From contig CAWFJJ010000030.1 in NCBI GenBank assembly GCA_963816185.1, forward strand, positions 448,001 through 512,000: a stretch of 64,000 nt of DNA, given 5' to 3'. Position 1 is the first letter of the stretch. The number at the start of each line of letters is the position of its first letter. The notes beneath the pieces were generated by a model that saw only the letters and a program-made list of their open reading frames with translations, did no database searches and had not been told where the DNA came from. Source of the DNA: Thermoanaerobaculia bacterium (GTDB lineage: Bacteria; Acidobacteriota; Thermoanaerobaculia; UBA5066). Below are positions 59,985 through 64,000 of this stretch, piece by piece. The position numbers and the translations under genes were made by a program.

Positions 59985-62444
59985 TCAGAGCGCGACCCGG
60001 CGGAGCCGGAGCGCATTCGAGATCACGGACACCGAGCTCATCGTCATCGCGGCGCTCGCGATCACGGGCGAAAGGAGGAGCCCGAAGAACGGGTAGAGCA
60101 CGCCGGCCGCGATCGGGATGCCGATCACGTTGTACACGAACGCGAACGCGAGGTTCTGCCGGATATTTCTCATCGTCGCCTTCGAGAGGCGGCGTGCGCG
60201 CACGAGGCCCGAGAGGTCTCCTTTGAGAAGCGTCACATCCGCGCTCTCGATCGCGATATCGGTCCCGGTTCCCATCGCGATGCCCACGTCTGCAGCGGCG
60301 AGCGCCGGCGCGTCGTTCACACCGTCTCCCGCCATCGCGACGATCCGGCCCTCTCTTTTGAGGCGCGCCACGGCCTCGGCCTTGGCCGTCGGCAGCACTC
60401 CCGCGACGATCTCGTCGATCCCGAGCTCCATACCCACATTTTCGGCGGTCGCCTTCGCGTCGCCCGTGAGCATCACGACGCGAATTCCCAGGCCGTGCAT
60501 CTCGGCGATGGCGGCCGCTGCGGGGCCCTTGATCGGATCGGCCGCCGAGAGAAAGCCCGCCGGCTTGCCGTCCACGGCTACGAAGAGGACCGTGTGACCT
60601 TTCGCGCGCTCGGCGTCCGCTTCGGCGAGGAGGTCGTTCGGAAAGGGAGAAGAAGAGGAAGAGGAAGAGGAAGAGGAAAAGGAAGATTTTTCTTCGAATA
60701 GAGGAAGGGAACCGAGCACGACGGATCGGCCGTCCACCTTGCCCGCGATGCCCTTTCCGGGGATTGAAGAGAATTCCTTCGAAGGTGAAAGAGTCAGGCC
60801 CGCCGCCTCGGCGGCGGCGGCGACCGCAGCCGCCAAAGGGTGCTCGCTCGCGCGCTCGAGCGAGGCGGCCAGGCGCAGCAATTCCTTTTCATCGAACGCG
60901 CCGAAGGCGCGAATCTTCTCGACCTTCGGCTTCCCCTCCGTCAGCGTGCCCGTCTTGTCTACGACGAGCGTGTCCACTTTCTCGAGCTTCTCGAGCGCCT
61001 CGGCGTTCTTCACGAGGATGCCGGCCTGCGCGCCCCGCCCCGTGCCGACCATGATCGACATCGGCGTCGCGAGGCCGAGCGCACAGGGACACGCGATGAT
61101 GAGGACGGCGACGGCGTTCACGAGCGCGTGCGCGAGGCGCGGCTCCGGGCCGAACACCGCCCAGGCGGCGAACGTCAGGACCGAGACCAGAACGACCGCG
61201 GGCACGAACCACGACGCGACCACGTCCGCGAGGCGCTGGATGGGCGCGCGGCTGCGCTGGGCTTGGCCGACCAGGCGCACGATCTGGGCAAGGAGCGTGT
61301 CTCGTCCCACGCGCTCGGCCTTTACCACGATGCCGCCGACGCTGTTGAGCGTGCCGCCCGTCACCGTGCTCCCCCTCGTCTTCTCCACCGGCACCGGCTC
61401 GCCCGTCAGCATCGATTCGTCCACCGCGCTCGCGCCTTCGACGACGAGCCCGTCCACAGGCACTCTCTCGCCCGGCCTCACGCGCAGCCGGTCTCCGACG
61501 CGCACGTCCTCGAGTGGGACGTCCGCTTCGACGCCCGAGGCCTCGATCCGGCGCGCCGTCTTCGGCGCGAGGCCCAGGAGCGCCCGGATCGCCCCCGAGG
61601 TTCGCGCGCGCGCCCTCAGCTCGAGCACCTGCCCGAGGAGGACGAGAGTCGTGATGCCCGCCGCGGCCTCGAAGTAGACGTCGTGTACCGCTCCTGCGCC
61701 AGTGGTGCCGTGGCTCGGGAGATGGTCTGCAAAGTTTCTTTGAAGGCTCAGAAAGACTTCCGCGGTCCTGTAAAGGCTGTACAAGAAAGCCGCGCCCGTT
61801 CCGAGCGCGATGAGGGTGAACATGTTGAGATTCCGCGTTCTCAGCGAGGCCCAGCCTCTCTCGAAGAACGGCCATCCGCACCACAGGACGACCGGCGTCG
61901 CGAGGAGCAGCTGGACGATGAGGTTGAGGCGCGGTGGGAACGAGTCCCTCAGCGCGGGCACCAGCATCGCGCCCATCTCGAAGAGAAACAGCGGAAGCGT
62001 CAGACCCAGGCTCACCCAGAACCGCCGGGACATGTCCCGAAGCTCCGGGTTCTCCTCCTCCGCGGCTGTCGGCATCATCGGCTCGAGCGCCATGCCGCAG
62101 ATCGGGCAGGCTCCGGGCTTGTCCCTGATGATCTCGGGGTCCATGGGGCAGGTCCAGAGAGAGGGACCGGGGGACTTCTTAGAAGGTGAAGAGGGGATGG
62201 GCGCGGCAGGCTGCGACGGCGAGGCTGCTGCGGTGGCGGAAGGGCCTCCAGCGGTGTCCGTCTTTCTATTCGAAGAAAATCTTTCTGGCTCTTTCTTGAA
62301 TTTCTCCGCGCAACCCTTCGCGCAGAAATACCAGGTCTTCCCCCCGTACTCGACCTTCGCCGCGGCGCGCGCGGGATCCACGGTCATTCCGCAGACGGGA
62401 TCGATCTCGCCTGCGGGCGGCGGGGAGTGAACCGGCAGCTGCAA
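59985..62444 (-). CDS. copA: Cu(I)/heavy-metal P1B-type ATPase with YHS domain
   Basis: [58 protein letters not shown]. Confidence 0.93.
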   Translation of the reverse strand: MQLPVHSPPPAGEIDPVCGMTVDPARAAAKVEYGGKTWYFCAKGCAEKFKKEPERFSSNRKTDTAGGPSATAAASPSQPAAPIPSSPSKKSPGPSLWTCPMDPEIIRDKPGACPICGMALEPMMPTAAEEENPELRDMSRRFWVSLGLTLPLFLFEMGAMLVPALRDSFPPRLNLIVQLLLATPVVLWCGWPFFERGWASLRTRNLNMFTLIALGTGAAFLYSLYRTAEVFLSLQRNFADHLPSHGTTGAGAVHDVYFEAAAGITTLVLLGQVLELRARARTSGAIRALLGLAPKTARRIEASGVEADVPLEDVRVGDRLRVRPGERVPVDGLVVEGASAVDESMLTGEPVPVEKTRGSTVTGGTLNSVGGIVVKAERVGRDTLLAQIVRLVGQAQRSRAPIQRLADVVASWFVPAVVLVSVLTFAAWAVFGPEPRLAHALVNAVAVLIIACPCALGLATPMSIMVGTGRGAQAGILVKNAEALEKLEKVDTLVVDKTGTLTEGKPKVEKIRAFGAFDEKELLRLAASLERASEHPLAAAVAAAAEAAGLTLSPSKEFSSIPGKGIAGKVDGRSVVLGSLPLFEEKSSFSSSSSSSSSSPFPNDLLAEADAERAKGHTVLFVAVDGKPAGFLSAADPIKGPAAAAIAEMHGLGIRVVMLTGDAKATAENVGMELGIDEIVAGVLPTAKAEAVARLKREGRIVAMAGDGVNDAPALAAADVGIAMGTGTDIAIESADVTLLKGDLSGLVRARRLSKATMRNIRQNLAFAFVYNVIGIPIAAGVLYPFFGLLLSPVIASAAMTMSSVSVISNALRLRRVAL

Positions 62445-62466
62445 GGAACCCTGTCCGAATCCCGCC

Positions 62467-64000
62467 TCAGCCCCGGATTTCCGAGAAGCGCGCGATGCGC
62501 ACGAACTGGTCGCGGATCGAGCGGAGGAGCGCGATGCGGTTCGCCCTCACCTCGGGATCTTCGGCCATGACGAGGACCTCCGTGAAGAAGAGGTCGAGGC
62601 TCGGGCCGAGGGACGCCATGATGGAAAGTGCGTCGCCGTATCGTCTGTTCGCCACGAGGTCGTCGAGCATGCCGCGCGCCTGCAGGTAGTCGAGCGCGAG
62701 CGCCTTCTCGGCGTCGTCGGTCATCTTCGCCGGGTCGGGTTCGGCGCCCTCGTCTTCGGCCTTCTCGAGGATGTTCTGCATCCTCTTGAACGCGGTCGCG
62801 AGAGGCGCGAAGTCCTGCTCCTTGCGGAGCGCCTCGACGGCCTCCACGCGCTCGGCGGCGTCCACGAGATCCGGGCATGCGGTCGTGAGGACGGCTTCGA
62901 CGGTGTCGGGCTCGTGTCCCTTGCTCTCGAGGAGGAACCGCAAACGCTCGAGGAAGAACGCCGACAGCTCCGGGAGCAGCTCCTCCTTCGTGCGCGGCAG
63001 GCCGCCGTGCAGCGCCGCGGCGTCGGCGCACGCGGCCGGCAGGTCGAGCCGCCACTTCTTGTCGAGAAGGATCCTCACGACGCCGAGAGCCGCGCGCCGG
63101 AGTGCATACGGGTCTCTCGAGCCGGTCGGCGCGAGGCCGAGGCCGAAGAGGCCCGTGAGCGTATCGAGGCGATCGGCGAGCGCCACGGCGCCGCCCACAT
63201 CTCCGCGCGGCACGCCGTCGCCGGGAGAAGCCGGCCGGTAGTGGTCGTACAGCGCCTGCCAGACTTCCTCGCGCTCGCCGTCGCGCCGCGCGTAGAGGCC
63301 GCCCACGACGCCCTGCAGGTCGGGGAACTCGCGCACCATGTCGGTCACGAGGTCCGCCTTCACGAGCCTTGCCGCACGCACGAGCATCCCGTCGAGGTGC
63401 GAGAGGCCGAGGCGCGCGGCGAGCTTCTCGGTGAGATCCTGAATGCGGCCCGTCTTCTTCAGGTAGTCCCCGAGCGACTCCTGGAACTGGAGGTTGCCGA
63501 GCCTCGGGAGGCGATCCTCGAGCCTCGTTTTCCCGTCGTCGTCCCAGAAAAAGCGCGCATCCGAGAAGCGTGCGGCGGTAACCCACTCGTTACCCTGCGC
63601 GATCAGGCCCTTCGGGTCGCCCGTCTGGTCGCAGACGGCGAGGAAGTGCGCGGCGAGCCGGCCGCCCGCGCGCACGGGCAGCATCTTCTGGTGCTCGCGC
63701 ATGGAGGTGACGAGAATCTCCTCGGGCAGCTCGAGGAACGCGGGGTCGAACGACCCGCGGACGACACCAGGCGACTCGACGAGATGCGCCCACGTGTCGA
63801 GGAGGGCGGCATCGTCGGCGGGCTCGCCTCCGACCTCGGCCGCAAGGGCGCGCGAGAGCTCTTCGAAGCGGGTCCTCCGGACGGCGAGATCCATCTCCAC
63901 GTGCGCCGCGCGCAGCTTCTGGAGCCAGTCGGAGACGCCCATCGTGACGATGCGCCCGGGAGCGAGCGTGCGGTGGCCGTACGTCGTGCGCCCGCTTTCG
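62467..64000 (-). CDS. glyS: Glycine--tRNA ligase beta subunit (5' part outside window)
   Basis: [57 protein letters not shown]. Confidence 0.95.
   Translation of the reverse strand, partial: ESGRTTYGHRTLAPGRIVTMGVSDWLQKLRAAHVEMDLAVRRTRFEELSRALAAEVGGEPADDAALLDTWAHLVESPGVVRGSFDPAFLELPEEILVTSMREHQKMLPVRAGGRLAAHFLAVCDQTGDPKGLIAQGNEWVTAARFSDARFFWDDDGKTRLEDRLPRLGNLQFQESLGDYLKKTGRIQDLTEKLAARLGLSHLDGMLVRAARLVKADLVTDMVREFPDLQGVVGGLYARRDGEREEVWQALYDHYRPASPGDGVPRGDVGGAVALADRLDTLTGLFGLGLAPTGSRDPYALRRAALGVVRILLDKKWRLDLPAACADAAALHGGLPRTKEELLPELSAFFLERLRFLLESKGHEPDTVEAVLTTACPDLVDAAERVEAVEALRKEQDFAPLATAFKRMQNILEKAEDEGAEPDPAKMTDDAEKALALDYLQARGMLDDLVANRRYGDALSIMASLGPSLDLFFTEVLVMAEDPEVRANRIALLRSIRDQFVRIARFSEIRG

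Overview
High-GC (roughly 68-70% by eye) bacterial chromosomal segment. Gene content and synteny suggest Acidobacteriota, Thermoanaerobaculia-like (inference). Left to right: metallophosphoesterase, aroK, accC/accB, a TPR-Roadblock fusion, two lipoproteins and the type IV pilus pilMNOPQ operon; relA/spoT; dedA and a dicarboxylate symporter; a glucosylglycerate-type compatible-solute cluster; tgt-yajC-secD-secF interrupted by an SbcD/YhaN-type nuclease-ATPase pair; folK; cysE coupled to a flavin halogenase-like gene; an ECF sigma/anti-sigma pair; an OPT transporter; AlkD-like and radical SAM DNA-repair genes; mnmA; two tandem unknown paralogues; phhB; an NHLP-clan (Os1348-like) small gene heading a TolC-MFP-RND plus HlyD-ABC export operon; hemolysin III, yecH-like, a Fic pseudogene, FmdB, CBS, copA and partial glyS. 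No rRNA, tRNA, CRISPR array or transposase was seen. The most striking unexplained signal is a dispersed AT-rich motif, TCTTAGAAGG (core TTCTnAGAA). It has 8 exact copies plus several variants, lies mostly inside coding genes in different frames and on both strands, is often embedded in purine tracts that encode low-complexity peptide inserts, and its exact copies were found only in the right half of the window.
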